A DNA stretch of 64,000 nucleotides from the human T2T-CHM13v2.0 reference genome, Homo sapiens. Below, in pieces: positions 41,628 to 57,046 of this stretch. The position numbers and the translations under genes were made by a program. The notes beneath the pieces were generated by a model. It had not been told where the DNA came from. It searched no databases and was given only the letters and a program-made list of their open reading frames with translations. The stretch lies in assembly GCF_009914755.1 (NCBI RefSeq), contig NC_060937.1. One strand, given 5' to 3'. Each line of letters opens with the position of its first letter. The stretch's first letter is position 1.

Positions 41628-44294
41628 AGACCTGCCTATTTTTAGGTCTTGAAGTGAAGTAACATTCCCACGTGTTGGCTGGAGCATGTTCCTTCAATCT
41701 TTCCTACAATTGCTGTTCAAAAGGTAGAGGCCCAGCCAGCCCCACAGCCCTGGGGGAGGATGTCAGCTGAGCTCTGGCTATTAAGTTACTATTGCTTTAA
41801 ATACTCCTTTAAACCCATGACCCATCTAGCAGCTCTCAGATGGCATATAAAATGAGAGGAAAAGAGCACCTGATCGGGCTGACATCAAGAGATCACAAGT
41901 GTTTGCAGGTTTTCCAGAGTGTTTAGGAATAAAAGAGCAGTGAGTCAAAGTGTGTGGAAGAAGGAGCAGGAGCAGAGGAAAAGGTGTTGGTCCCAGCGGG
42001 TGGGAAAGAATTAACAGTGCGGAGAGTAGGGGGGAGGAAGGTCAGTTTTGTTTGCACGAAACCTGCCTTTGTGGCCTGGGATATGACTGTAAAATGTTTA
42101 ACCGGGGGTCAAATATGGGCTTTGGACAAAGGTAGAAGGGGGCAGCCGGTGAACATTGGAAGTGTTTTAATCTGAAATAGCCTCTCAAGGTGGAAGGCAG
42201 GAGGAGGTGAATACGAGGCAAAGGGAAGTGGGTCTTGGAAGAAACCTGGTCAGCAGGGCATCCCTCAGGTCGGGGCAGGGCCTCCGGGTGTTTCAGGTCT
42301 CACTCATTCCATACACACTGGAACAGTTCCCTGCCACTGCTCTGCAAATGCTGATAACAGCTCCACAGTAAGTAGAGGGATTTGGAGTGAGCCTTTAGAA
42401 ACAGTCACAACCATTTGACGATGCCTGTTGAATCTAACTACAAACAAAACCCGGAGCTTGTATTTTATATGTCTGTATATATTTTCATTTAATTTCTCTA
42501 GAAATTCATTTTTGTTGTATATTACAAAAGTATCAGTGTGCAGCACACTAAAAAAAAAATGTGAATGAAGTGACTCATTTGTAAATTAGCATCATGGGTG
42601 CCTTCAGCTCTTCAGAGTGTTGTTTTAGCCTGTGACTTTGATTTAGTATGTTCTACCACTTTGAAGGAGAATTCTCTGCCCTGACAAAAAAGGTGAGCTT
42701 CCAGAAACCTGGGACCTCAGTGAACTTGCAAGACGCCTCTAATAAAGGTAACCAATTCAGTCCTGAGACCTTGTCCTTTGCGGTCACCTGCCCTGGTAGG
42801 AGGCTGTAGGGAGATTGTAGGGAAAGGAGGGAGCCCTGTAGCTTTCCCCACCTCTTTTGGGAAGCCACTGACATCTAGCAGAACCCCAGCTCCCAACACA
42901 GGGCTGAGAGGCTGGCTCTGAATTCTGGTTTAGAGGCAGGAGGAAGGCCGAAAAATAGGGTGATTAATGTTTAATAACTAGTTCAGCAAGAGGGGAAGAA
43001 GCGGTGATTGACAGCGTTTGACGATTGCTCTGGAGTAAATACTCCCACCGTGCCGTTTTCAGAGAAGCAGCATGACTTCGCTGGGGAAAGACGCGCAGTA
43101 CCTCGCCACTGTGTAGTGTTCCTACCGTACAGACACCACAGACACGATTAACCTCGAGAGCATAGATATTAGGAAGAGGTAATAGAATAATTGATGATGA
43201 GTTTTGAGTGTTTATCAACTTTGCTTTTAATATACCTTTGTCTTTAATATAATCTATTTAATCATAAGATTCTAACTTAAATTTAAATGATGGTTATATA
43301 TAACAATCAGCTACAAAAAATGCTGAAATTCAGGTGCCAGTACAAGCCGTCGCCAGCACACCACTGGGTGGTGGCTCAGAGCATCAGGGACCTGTACCAG
43401 CCCCTGCCGGCTTCCCTGCCCTGCCCCACTCTCATCCAGGCCATGCCTGTCCCTCCTTCCAAATGTCACCATCTGGGGACTTATTTTTCTCTAGAGACTA
43501 GGAAGAGTAAGTAGGCTGATTTTGAATGGCTCATCATTTCACAGGTAAATAAACTGACAAATATTAAGCTTGACAGCTGCACTTTTCCAATCAACATTGT
43601 AAGGAAACATAGACATACACGTATTCTCTCATAAGACCCTGTGAGGTTCTACAACGATAAAGAAACATATGTTTTTGTGCCTGAAATATTTTCATTTATT
43701 CTCTGTGCTATTCTGATAGTTTTAGAGAGATCAGATTTTCAGATAAGGTAGAGTTGCATTTTTACATAAACAATGCAGTAAAAATAGACAACATTCTCAT
43801 TTATTGGAGTTGGGATACATTTTTTACCACCTTTAATTATGAACACTGTAAATGCTGCATCTTGGCTTTTATTAGATCATTTGTTATGTCTATTATTTAT
43901 TTACAACTGAATCCATGCCCAGAAATGTAACCCTAAACTGTTACATTGTCCTAACGGGGAAATACAGTTTGATTTATAAAGATTCACTGTATGACAAAGC
44001 TACCAAGAATGTATTTTGGTGAAAAGCAGAAATGAACCTAGATTTTTTGTTCTTCTTTTAAGTTCTTGTTACAAAAATACAGCAAGCTTAGATCTATACA
44101 TAGAAAAAAAACAAATGTGCAAACTTTGATAAGTAATGAAAAACCAGGAATTACTTTTAATAAGTAAATAATGAAAAAACAGGAATTATGTTTATACTTG
44201 CAAAACATTTTTCTGCTAAGCTTCATTATAGCAAAAAATCTAATGTTAAAAGGAAATGGAAATTCTTGTCACTGAAATTTACTTGAAGATGTCA

Positions 44295-44597
<303 letters not shown>

Positions 44598-45029
44598 TTA
44601 GTTCCCTGAGTGAGCAAAGCAGCCACCCAAGGGACTGTTATCCTGGCTTTGCTGAGCAAGATGCAGAGAAACCATTACGCATTTCTGAACCTATGTGAGT
44701 GAAGAAATGCAAAAACAACAGCTTTGGCCTGAAAACCAGTTTTATGTTGCTCAGGGGCCTATAGCAAGTTTTTGTTCTTTTGAAAAATTATTCTTTGCCA
44801 TCCTCCTCCCTACTCCAAATATTGCAGCCCATCACTAAGTTCTGGGACTCTACACTGTATCTCTAATAACTTCTGGAACTGAATCGTAAAATCTATCCAG
44901 ACTTGCATACCACTGGGGGTACATGTGGATTCTGGGGTTAACGACATCATGGATGAGAAGCTGGGATTTGGAGCAAACACAAGGCTGCTCTGCTTTCCTC
45001 CTAGGCTCTATTGCAAGACAGTAGAAAGC

Positions 45030-45490
45030 ACTGGGGCCGGGGCCAGGAGCTCGACTTGGCTCCCGCTCTAACACTGGGCAACTCACTCAGTCCCTCAGGG
45101 CCCATTTCCTCATCAGCGAAAAGGCGATCATAATATCCGCCTACCTCCTAAGGCTGCCGTGAGAAACAGAAGAGTGAAGGTGATTATTAAAGTGCGGGAA
45201 ATGGTACCTGGTCCAGAACAAGAGACCTACCTATTGGGATCATTGATTGGTCTCAAAATAACGATGCCTGATGTTGCTGGAGGAATTCTCATATTGTTGC
45301 TGCGCATAGTTCTTGAAGGGCTTGATGTGTATTCATTGAATCCTCACAAAAACCCTATGAGGTAGACACTGGCATGACGCCTTGTCTCAGATGAGACAAA
45401 TTCAGGCTCAGAGAAATTAAAAACCAGCGCAAGACCAGGCGCAGCTGGCCAGGGACGAGGCCAGGAGTCAGAGCCAGGATGGGCCATCCA
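45030..45490. mobile_element. Two MIR fragments in opposite orientation
   Basis: ctgggcaactcact...catttcctcatc (+) and aatcctcacaaaaaccctatgaggtag...gaggacaaa-like core with ggctcagaga (-). Confidence 0.6.
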
Positions 45491-46932
45491 GCCGAAGTCT
45501 CCATTGGTCCTCAGCAGGCAGGATGCAGCCCGAGTTGCCTTGGTTCTGACTTGGTTTCCCATGCCTGTTTCTCCTGAAATTTCTCATCATGTTTTGTGTA
45601 TCTGAAGTCTATGCTGTCACAGTGACATTTTGTGGTCCCTTTTACAAAGTGTAAATGGTTCTCATCTGTGTTTACTGTCCTGGGTTTATTCCTCACACAC
45701 ACGAGTTGCCCATCACATTGAGGTTCCATCCAACTGAGGATGGAAGCTGGACACGCCAGCCACACCACAACTGACTAGCTCACCTAAGACCAGCACTAAA
45801 TCCAGCCGTGCAGGCACGAAATTGCCCTCAGGGAACAAAGCATAAGAAAAAGCGCCAGGCCCCCACCATGTGGGTAATTCTGTCTATACCTGGGAGAGGC
45901 TGCGTGCCCCACACATGTCTACACAACAGATTTCAAAGCAATGAGATTGTGGTGGAAGTAATGTGGCATTTTCATTGACTCTAGAATCAAATAATCAACT
46001 ATTTGATACAATTTCCCAGCTCACCAAGCCAGCCAAGAATGCTCTGCCAGGCTCTGATTCACAGGAGAATTTGTTTATCTTACAGGTGCTCACTTTCTCC
46101 TTCTTTCCAACTTTCTCACAACTGCAGGAAGTTAATTGTTCCCCCTAGAAAGTAGCAGACTGGTTGTTACAAAGTACCTGGAGGGTCCGCAATGTAGACG
46201 TCTCAGCACTGTGGTGAGAAACCTGCCTGCCCTTGACTCTTGGCTGTGCCATGTACAATCCAAGTAAATAATGTAGATGATGGTGACACCTGCTTCATAC
46301 TATGATTGTGGGAATTAAGAGGGGTCGCCCATGCAAAGCCTCCTGCGTATACAATATCAACTGTTGTTATTGTCTCCAGAGTTACAGAGGAGATACACAG
46401 TGTGACACTGTGTACGGAATTTCAACCTGTCACCATGGGACCCTGCACACTAAATCTAAGCCATCTTCATTTTACATGCAAGAAAAGAACTATTTTCAGT
46501 CAAATACCAGTGACAGTTTTCCTTGTGCAGTGAAATGATAACCTCCCCATCACTGTAGACATGACAAATTAATTTTTCCCAAAGACAGCTGTGCATTGAA
46601 AAGCAATCTACAAAAGAACGACTATAATCTACTGACTGACTGTTACTAGTTCAGCACATCTATGATCTACATCGCATGTTCGTAATTAATACAGAATTGG
46701 AAATGACTCCTTGTTAGTATGCCCAAAATAATTTTGAATTGTTACACGTATCTTTACCTTATGCAGCAGAAGAGATGTGAGGCTTCTGTGCACTCTTTAA
46801 TCCCCAGTGTTTTATATAGGTCTACACCTGAAAGGATTAGCATTTGATGAACAAAATCCAGCCAGTGGAAGCCCAAGTTATTTAGGGTAGCATTATCTAC
46901 CAGTCCTCATAGACACATTACTTTGCTAGAAT

Positions 46933-47000
<68 letters not shown>

Positions 47001-47004
47001 GCAC
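46933..47004. repeat. Compound microsatellite (TC)n(AC)n
   Basis: Seen directly. Confidence 0.95.
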
Positions 47005-48262
47005 AGTCCTAGCAACATTCAATGGAATTCCCTTCAAAAGTTTCAGGAATATCACTGGAACAGAACAGAGGCTGCCCCTGTGGCATCCAGTTGCTGCGAT
47101 GTGGTTCGAAACGTTAGACTTCCAGTTCACTTTTCAAAGAAGTGGGTGGTGGACAGTTGCACAGACTTGCAAATTTTGTGCTCATTTGCCAAACTCCAGT
47201 AGCCACAGGGAGGACATGCCCACCCAGCCTCTGCCTAGGGCCCGTATCCAGGCAGCCAGAAAGAACACAAGGATCTACCAAGAGGAAGGGAATGCTTTGG
47301 GGAGGAAGAAAGGAGAGCATCTATCCATGAGAAGGGACGGGAGTCAAAGGCTTAACGTTGAATCTGGGGGATTTAGAGCAGAGGGAAGAGGAAATCAGAA
47401 AAACTCTTCCAAGAAAAAGTAAGCCATTGTGATTTATTTAACTGAAATAAGGGATAGTCAAAAGGGAAGGAGAAAAATCATGTGCTCATTTGTGAAGCTC
47501 AGAAACCCTTAAAATAGAATATAGGTCACACAAAGTAAAGCCTCAGACAAATGGGAATTAAAGAATCACTTGTGATAGGCTACATTCAACCAGGGAGTTG
47601 GATGAATGGTGTTTTAACCTGAGTAGATATAAAAGCCCATTTTTGTTTTTGTACCCACCCTCGGTACTCGTTTCTCTGGTGTCACTATTTTGTGTTCTTT
47701 ATGTCAGTTTCTTTTCACTCAGGATGTTCATCTAGATGTGCTGTGGTCCCATGTAAATCACCTTTCCCACTTTCTTAAATGACTGGGGATAAGCCGGCAT
47801 TTGTTCCAGCTCTATCGTTCTAATGCTTTCTTATTCCCCAAATGCATCTAGTTCTATGATTGCATTCTGCATCTCTGCAACTTATTTCTTCCAGGTGTCA
47901 TCAGTCCCTATGAGAAATAGCAAAAAGATAGTCATCAGTACAATTCTACAAAAACCTTTTAAAAACTGATTGCAATGTACGTGAATATATGTGTGTATAT
48001 TTATATGCATGTAGACACACACATAGACAAACATATGCGTTCATTCTACAAGCTTTAAAATGAAGCAAAGGACGAAGGAAAAAATGTTGATCTCCTTTAA
48101 TTCTACTATCTAGAGAAAGAAACCTCACCAACTTTTTTTTTTGTATCAACTTCTAGGCTTATTTTTTTTGTATAAACTTTTTTAAAGCTATTTTACTGAA
48201 AATGTGACTTGATAGAAACATGTACCTCTTTAACCTAGCATCCTATTAAGAGTTCCTTTTTA

Positions 48263-48612
48263 GGATGAGTTCATGTCCTTTGCAGGGACATGGATGAAGC
48301 TGGAAACCATCATTCTCAGCAAACTAACACAGGAACAGAAAACCAAACACCACATGTTCTCACTCATAAGTGGGAGTCGAACAATGAGAACACATGGACA
48401 CAGGGAGGGGAACATCACACACCTGGGCCTGTCAGGGGGTGGGGGACTTAGGGGAGGGAGAGCATTAGGAGAAATACCTAATGTAGATGATGGGTTGATG
48501 GGTGCAACAAACCACCATGGCACGTGTATACCTATGTAACAAACCTGCACATTCTGCATGTGTACCCCAGAAATTAAAGTATAATAAAAATAAATAAATA
48601 AATAATTTAAAA
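48263..48612 (+). mobile_element. 5'-truncated L1PA 3' end
   Basis: L1PA ORF2 end and 3'UTR with A-rich tail; TSD aagagttccttttta (48248) / aacagttccttttta (48613). Confidence 0.93.
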
Positions 48613-49337
48613 AACAGTTCCTTTTTAATACTTTCTTCAAAGCCATCTTTTAGATAGCTGCTTTAAGATATACATCAGAGCTCTATTGCCTGGAGCTAGA
48701 CCACGGTAGATCAAAGGCTCTTAAATGCTGGACTTACCTGTAGGCAGAGGCTATGTCCAAATCACCCGGAAGCTTTAACATGCGTCAACTCCAGGCTCTG
48801 GCAATTCTTGTTTGCAGGTGTGAGAAGGAACCAAGAAGTCTGAATTCCCTGTCTGAGAATTGTTCTCTGACATATGGTAGCTCCTGGCACATAGTAGGTG
48901 TTGTAATTGCTGAATTTGTTATTGAGCGAAACTCTGAGTGCCCAAGCAGCCACGGGAAGACTCCAAAGGTTCAGGAAGGGATTGACGGGGGGCAGGGCAG
49001 GGAGGGAACAGGGCAGGGACACACAAGTTGTTTTCAAATAGTTGAAGTGCAGCCGGTGAAAAGGATTAGTCCTCCTGCATGGCTTCGGAGGGCACGCTGA
49101 TGAAGTCAGTTACTGGGAAGCAGATTTGGGCTCAACAGGAAAGAACTTTCTAACAAGTAGAACAATGGAACAATTGATCCCAAGAAGCCTACATAATGGA
49201 AAGTGGGCCAGATTTGGAGTCAGAAGATACAAGATTGGATCAAAGGCTCAATAAGGAGGCTATTCATGTGCTGTCACTCGCCTCTCTCTGTCAGGATGGG
49301 CACTGCCTTTTTTCCTATGAAATCTGGCTCTCTTGGG

Positions 49338-49552
49338 CTGTGGTTCTCAAGGGGGAGTCCTCCCCTCTTGCCAAGGGGACATTCAGCAATTTGGGGGAGA
49401 CATTATTAGTTATCGCAATAGGGGGTGGGATGCTCCTGGCATCTAGTGCACGGAGGATGCTGCAAAACCTCCTACAATGCACAGGACAGCCCCGCACAGC
49501 AAAGAATTACCCAGCTCAGAATGTCCACAGTGCAAAGGTCAAGCCACCCTGG
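49338..49552. mobile_element. MER20 MITE
   Basis: gtggttctcaag...ctggcatctagtg...acaatgcacaggacagccc...aaagaattacccagc. Confidence 0.85.
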
Positions 49553-49764
49553 GCCAGGCAAAGGATCAGCATTGCCATGAAGGGTAAACCACAATTACCA
49601 GCCTAGGTGTCTACTGACTGAGTGATGTCAGGTGAGTTGTTCCCGCCTCCCCTGTGTCTCAGTGTTCTCGTCTATACGGTGGAGGTGGATTTGCATTGAT
49701 AGAGGGATTAACACAGGACCAACCCTGAGCTGCATCTTCCAAGCATCCCAGAAGCCCCCATCTT

Positions 49765-50090
49765 ACTTAGTCTGGTTTCTCGATGAAGCAGACTCCAAGG
49801 CAGGGATTTGAGTGAAAGTATTTTATTTGGGGAGTGTGAATAACACAGCAAGGAAAGTGGACGCAACCCAGGGAAAGGGTGACATCCTGCCACGTGTGTG
49901 CCACAAGACCAGCAACAGGAGCAGGCGACCAGAGCTTAACCCCATGGGGAGACACTGGGAAAGGAGGCAAAACACACACTTCAGAATTATTCCACTCCAG
50001 CTGCAGAGAGCTCCGGTGGTATTTTTCCAGCAGGACCTCAGCTACACATGCAGAGCAGCAGCCAGGGCACTCCAACACATCTGACACACA
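49765..50090 (-). mobile_element. Old ERVL-type LTR fragment (LTR16/LTR33-like)
   Basis: agcagactccaaggcagggatttgagtgaaagtattttatttgggg motif. Confidence 0.55.
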
Positions 50091-50337
50091 TGAGCGAGGC
50101 CAGGACAGTATCTGCTACAGCTTCATAAGATGCCGTTGCTCCTTTCCAGAATCAACAGGAGCAAGTGAAATTTTATATATCTGAAAGAATCTGGCACAGT
50201 GCCAGGTGCTCAGAGGGTCCTCGATAAATAAATGTCTCATATTATCTTGTATGTTGTTCAAACAGAGGGTTGAGTCCACAGGGTTCTTTGGAAGGGTTCT
50301 GGATCACTCACCTAATCATATGGAAAAGCTGAGCATC

Positions 50338-50919
50338 TGAAACCATCCCAATAAACTTTATTCATCAGGGAAGAAGGGAGGGAGAGAAATGAGACTAAAA
50401 TGAGCTTGCAGCACACGCAGCATGGATCATGAGGTCGGCCTGTTCTCTGACGCACTTCCTTGTTGTTGTTTGTCTGTTGTCTTAGAATCAGATAGACCCT
50501 GTTACAAGATTATAGATCCCCTTATCTGCTCTAGAGATAACAACTAGAACCTTATGAAATGTTGTTTTCCTTTGAGATATTCTTTCACGTCCTACATGCC
50601 ACTAAAACCACCCACATCAGCAGGTCTGAAGGACCCCCCAAGAAGCTGACTCACCAAAGCACACAGGCTCCACATCCTGATAATTTCATCCTCCTCACCC
50701 TGACCAATCAATGACCCCAATTTTCCAGCCCCTCATCCTCCAAGATCCCCTTTAAAACCCCAACTCAGAACTCTCGGGGAGATGGATTTGAGGGTCTTCT
50801 CCCATCTCCTCACTAGGAGCCCTGCAATCATTAAACTCTTTCTCTGCTGCCTCCTGGCTGTCTCAGTGCATTGGCCTGTTACTACACAGTGGGCATATGA
50901 ACCTGTTGGTCCTATAACA
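50338..50919 (+). mobile_element. Solo LTR (LTR26-like, ERV1)
   Basis: TGAAACC...TATAACA termini, ATTAAA signal, perfect 4-bp TSD catc/catc. Confidence 0.85.
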
Positions 50920-53900
50920 CATCGGCCTTGAGATATAAAGGGTCCAGGGCTGCTCTGGTTCCAGAGATATCAGCAGCAGGAGTTCATGGACCTTCTGTTT
51001 AAACATTGCCATTGAAGGTCACAACTGCAGTCACCATCCATCACTGTGTATCTATGGTCAAGATTCAATGTCTAGGGAAAAAGATTCCGAGTGCTCTTAG
51101 TCTTAAGTTCACCCCTATAGTCAGGGCTGGGTTGTGGGAAGCCTTGCACCAAACCACGAAGAGCAGGCTGGCAACTCAAAGAAGGGATGCAGGGCCATAA
51201 CCCATAAAAAGCAAGGGTTATAATAGCCCTCCTACCCTTCTTCTCACCCAGTGCATACATACTTCCTTATTTGCATAAATACAACTTCACAGTGGAGACC
51301 CACCCTTTCTACAGTGGAAAATAACCTGAAGTCTCCTCCAGCTATTGCAACTAAAGGCAATGGAGTTGCACTTCCCAAGTCCAAACCTCTAGATGACGTC
51401 CATTTCTTCCCTGGCTCCGTTGCTTCTTCCATAACAGGCACATGATCCCAGGGGACCACTGACAATAACTTGATTGGCTGTTTCACCACAGCTCGCCCTG
51501 GGCTGCTATTCCTGTTCCCATCCCAGAATATGAATAGGAGACTCATTGATTTCCACATTGATCTTTCCTAAAAGGTCCACAAAGGATGAGATACTGATCA
51601 GGCAAATGCAAGACATACCCACCATGCCTACTTATAAGGGAGACTCAGTGGGAATTCCCTCCCAGAGAAGTGAGGGTTTCATTGGAGACACAGACCTTCT
51701 TCAAGAACCCTGGAACCACCGACATTCAATGTGTGTGATTTCCAGTGTGTAATGGAGAAAAGGTCAAAGTGAAATCATGCAATTTCATAACTTCTGGTCC
51801 CTCAATTAGCTGGTAACACAGTGGCCCAAATGTCAGAATCCTGTCTGTCAAATGGTCCAGGGCTGCTGCAATACCCCCCCCGACCCAGCCCTGCACTGGC
51901 CAGACTTCTGGGGGAGTCCCCTGAGAGCAGCCGCTGTGACTGCCAGCTGCTTCTATATGGGATGCAAAGACTGAGGCCACTTAGAACACCTGTGCTTCAG
52001 GATTTTAAGACAGGATTCTTCCTGCTTTGGATTTGGCTCTGGTAACAATTAAATCCTATACCCACTCAGGTACAGTGTCAAATCTCCACCTGCAGAGAAA
52101 GGAATTTTGTAAACTAAAATTTGTCAGACTTGCGAACATGGAAAATATTACTTCTGTTTCATCTTAGATGACCAACATTACCAGTGAAGAAGGAAATAAA
52201 GCATAGCAGTAAAATAATCCAATAGGTTTGGAAACAGCAGTGAAGTTATAGTCTTTTTATTTTAAAAATAGCACATGCCTGTCCCTAAGCATTCGAGCCC
52301 CAGGCTTCACTGCAGGGGATGGCCTGGCTGTCCATAAATCACCTGCCTTGTAAAGTGGCTCTGATCAAAGGCCAGTGTGTTGCCTTGATAGACTTATATG
52401 CACTTTGGAGAATAGACATACTTAGTTGTTCGCTTCTATTTTTTATTTTCTTTCCCCAATCCAGTCCTTAAAACAGATTTCTCCTCAAAGAAATTTTATT
52501 GTAATTTTAGAAAAATCTCCAACTGCAACTATGTGTAAATCACAACGGGTAACTGCCAGGTTTCATGTTATCAAAATAGCCAAGAATGCTTTGCAGCTGA
52601 GCTATAAGCATGTGATATTAATTACACGGAGGAACGCCGTGCTTGGGAAACAAGTTTGGATGAGAAAGTCTGACACTGAAAATGTGCTTGAAATAAGGGA
52701 TACTCTGGCAACGACATTTATTCTATTTTCCACTTTAATAAATGATACCTTTCTGCAGCTCACTTTAATCCTCAGATAAATGAAGTGAAATAAATGTATC
52801 AGTGTGGAAACACCATATCTTCACAGTGATTCAGCTTTGAAGCTGAGGAGGGGCAAGGATGCCTCGGTTCCTGTTTTACTGTGAGGCCTGGGAAGCAGCA
52901 GGAGAGGCTGCCCCATGACTCTGACACCCTACGACTCCCAGCCAGGAGCAGATGCCTCCAACGCTGTCCGTTCTTTCCATAGCGCCGTCCGCTGCTTGGA
53001 CATGACACTTTTGAGAGGGGACTTAGTTGTCACTAATCATGCTCCGATTTTAGCAACAGCAGTTGACCACTGTTCAGAAAGATCATTTTTTCCCAACAGA
53101 TTTCTATTAGGAAAGAATGTGTTTACCTGATGGAACTATTCTGGGATGTGCCACAACGCGGAATTCCTTTCATTCCTTCCCCTGTTCTAGGGGAAGGAAT
53201 GGACTCCATTGGAGAGACGTTCTCCCATGAGGCCATGCTGTCAAGGTTTGGGGGGAAATACTCTGAATTATTTAAATATCTATCCAGGTGAAAAGCAACA
53301 GAGAGCCTGTTCCTTGGAAGCTGAGCCCTCCCCCTTTCCAAATAAGTGGCCTAGATGCGCCTCTTCAGCTCTGGGGTTCTGTTTCCTTCGTCTCTGAGAG
53401 ACATAGCACCTTTCACATACCAACTCCACCAGGTTCTGGAAGGAAATGCCTCTGGGAACTTCTCCAATCTGCTTCTACCCCATTCTCTAGTAAAAAGCAA
53501 AGTATTTAGGTGGAGAAATAATGAAGCCATTCAAGGAAGCTGCCTCCATAGCTGCACCTTCTCACGGACAACCACTGCCCCTTGCGTGCAAATCTTATAT
53601 GACCAAGACAAACGTTTAGGGGACAAACCACTGAGATGCTGGAGGTTTGTTATCACACATACTTCTAGTCTAGCCTGATTGTGTGTGTGTGTGTGTATGT
53701 GCGTGTGTGTGCATGCATGTGTGGCTGTGTGCATACTCTTGTCAAATGATTATTCTACGAGCATGAAGAAAAGTACAAGGCACATGCTGCAATATTAGTG
53801 GGAGCTGATAAAAGGGGAATTTGTGTGTAATTCCTCCCTTTAACAGACTAAAGAAGAAAAACTATATGATCATCTTGAAAGATATATAAAAAAGTTTGGT

Positions 53901-53955
53901 ACAAGTCAACATCATTCATGGTCTTTTAAAACCAACATAAATATTAGGGGACTTC

Positions 53956-54357
<402 letters not shown>

Positions 54358-54661
54358 TTAAATATATTCATTATTTATACATAATACACACATTAAATGG
54401 AGGAAAATTACAAAGACAGGAAAAAGACAACAATATCCACTGTCACTGTTCCTATTTAGCATTGTGTAGAAGTCTGGACAGTATGATAAAAGCAAGGAAA
54501 TGAAATAAGAGCTGTAACAATTGGAAAGGAATAAACGAAGTTTCATGTTTGTAGATGACATGATTTTCCATATAGAATATGCAATAAATTCTATAGACAA
54601 ACTATTTGGAACTAATGAAGGAGTTTATCAACTGCGTGTAAGATCCTGTACAAAAACAGGA

Positions 54662-54999
<338 letters not shown>

Positions 55000-55643
55000 T
55001 AGAAAGGGTAATTTTTAAAATATGCCATTTGCTATATAACAATAATTCCAAAGTACCATGGAATAAAATATATTGAAAGATGTTACATGAAACTGTCTTT
55101 TTCTCAAGATCTTTCCCTGTAATTGATGGAGAGACAGCTTCAAATAAATACTCTCATTGCAGTGGGATAGAGGTAACATGAGCTATCATAAACCACCTGG
55201 TTATGACATTTACCAATGACACCTTTCTTTCTATAGCTGATGACTAGATCTTCAGCAAAATAAATCAGAAGCTTTTAGAGCTTCACGTGCTGCCCTTCTC
55301 CTTTCCCCTCCCTGCTCTCTTCTGCTCCTTCCTCTCCTTTCCTAGAGCTTAGTCAATGGGCAGCTGGAACTTCTAGCCCTGAGGGTTCTAGGTGCCCCGT
55401 AGCCAGGCCTGCAGGCCAGAAAACATCAAATCTCAAGGTGCTGCCACAGTTAATTCATTGGTGTTCTTTTTCTCTCTCTGTCTCCAGCTCTGTTTGCTTT
55501 TTGTTGTCTTTCATTACTCAGTTAAAGTTAACTGCCAGTTTCATTTAGTTTTGTCAAAATAAATGGAAAGAAAACCCTGAAGCAGGAGATGAATGTAAAC
55601 TGGGAAAATCTTGCAAAATCGCAAAGATAGTTCTTGGCGCTTC

Positions 55644-56713
55644 TGTTAAAGGAAACATTATTCAGCGACGCTCGTTACAGCACAGTGAAGCAGATGTTAT
55701 TCAGGATCATCAGGGTTGGTGGAGGAACCACGGCAGTGAGGTTTTGTGGTGGGGGAGATGGGGCTTGTGAAAATATATAATTCAAAATCTAAGCTGTTGG
55801 AACTTTAAATTATTTTGACCCTTAAAGGAATGTGATTATGGGGCCTGAGTCAGGCAAGCAGGCAGACATAACCCAGGCAACTGCAACCTGTGTTTCTCTG
55901 ATTAGAGATTAAACTTCTTCCTTCCCTACATTGTTCTATTAAATGTAAATGACTTAAGGGCCTCAGGGAAGACCTCTTCCCTATTCACTGTGGATCTTCA
56001 TTATAGATTAACTTTCTCCCTACCTTTCTCACACAAAGACTTTATGGCTATCACATTGTCTTAAGATGCAATACTAAATATACTGTTTTAAATTGGAAAG
56101 AAAATGAAAACAAGCAGCAAACAAACTGTCACCATTTAAATTGCCGTAACTCATAAACCAGCTTTGTATAGAAAATGTTACAATCCAACTAAACTTCTCT
56201 GTTTTCTGCCTATATAAGCAAAAGCTTAATTTTTAACGTCAGAGCGCTCACCTCATTTCTCTGGAGTCTGTGTTTCCCAGATGGATATTCTCAGCTTTTC
56301 AAAGCTTAAATAACTTCTTTCAAGCTAGGTTCTAATTCTTTCGATTATTTCAAGTTGACAGGGTCAAGTTCTACCACAGCAGGGGCAAGTAAGAACTTAT
56401 AGTCAAGGAGCAGGGAGGGGGTCAGTGGATAGAAAATTACTATGAGGTAACATCTGGGTAAGGAGGATTCTGGCTAAACCGACCTAACAGGATTCTTGCT
56501 GAAGACAGGTCGGGGTATGAGACATCACCTAGGGGATGGTGGAGGATGAGGAATCTTACCCTGAAGATGAGGAAGATGGAAGATGATCAGATATCAAGGG
56601 TTCTGGCTAAACTGACTTAGCAAGCTTCTTGCTAAAACTAGATTTCACAAGGAAGTGCACAGCTAGATCAAGAAGTGGCATGAGGAACCTGGGTCATGCA
56701 AGAATTTTTGTCC
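55644..56713 (-). mobile_element. MER31A-like solo LTR, split by a nested LTR
   Basis: tgttaaaggaaacattattc...ggattctggctaaaccgacctaacagg...tttgtcc; TSD cttc/cttc. Confidence 0.8.
55766..56360 (+). mobile_element. Nested solo LTR (LTR49/MER34-group-like)
   Basis: TGTGAAAAT...GTTGACA termini, TATA box ctatataag, TSD ggct/gggt. Confidence 0.75.
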
Positions 56714-56887
56714 CTTCCAGAGACAGAGGGCACTGAAATAGATACACTTCTCCCTGAGACAGAGAAAGGTAACCTTCTAAAAGCTCTGGAATGAAAGATG
56801 ACATTTACAGCTTCTTATCTCTTAGATTTCAAATGCTATTGTCAACTGTAATACAAAAAAAAAAAAATGGTCTCTCTCTGTCTTCTC

Positions 56888-57046
56888 TCTTTTTAACAGG
56901 TTGGGATTTTGCTTGCGCTGTTGCCCAGCCTGGTTTGCAGTGGCGCAATCATGGCTCATTGCAGCCTTGATCTCCTGGGCTGAAATGATTCTTCCACCTC
57001 AACCTCCCAAGTCTTTGGGATTATAGATGTGACTACTGCACCTGAC
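56888..57046 (-). mobile_element. Degenerate AluJ fragment
   Basis: gcagtggcgcaatcatggctcattgcagcc. Confidence 0.75.

Noticed and set aside
50940-51980. Possible MaLR/ERVL internal remnant with several overlapping ORFs
   Set aside because: I could not identify a diagnostic protein or repeat motif with confidence
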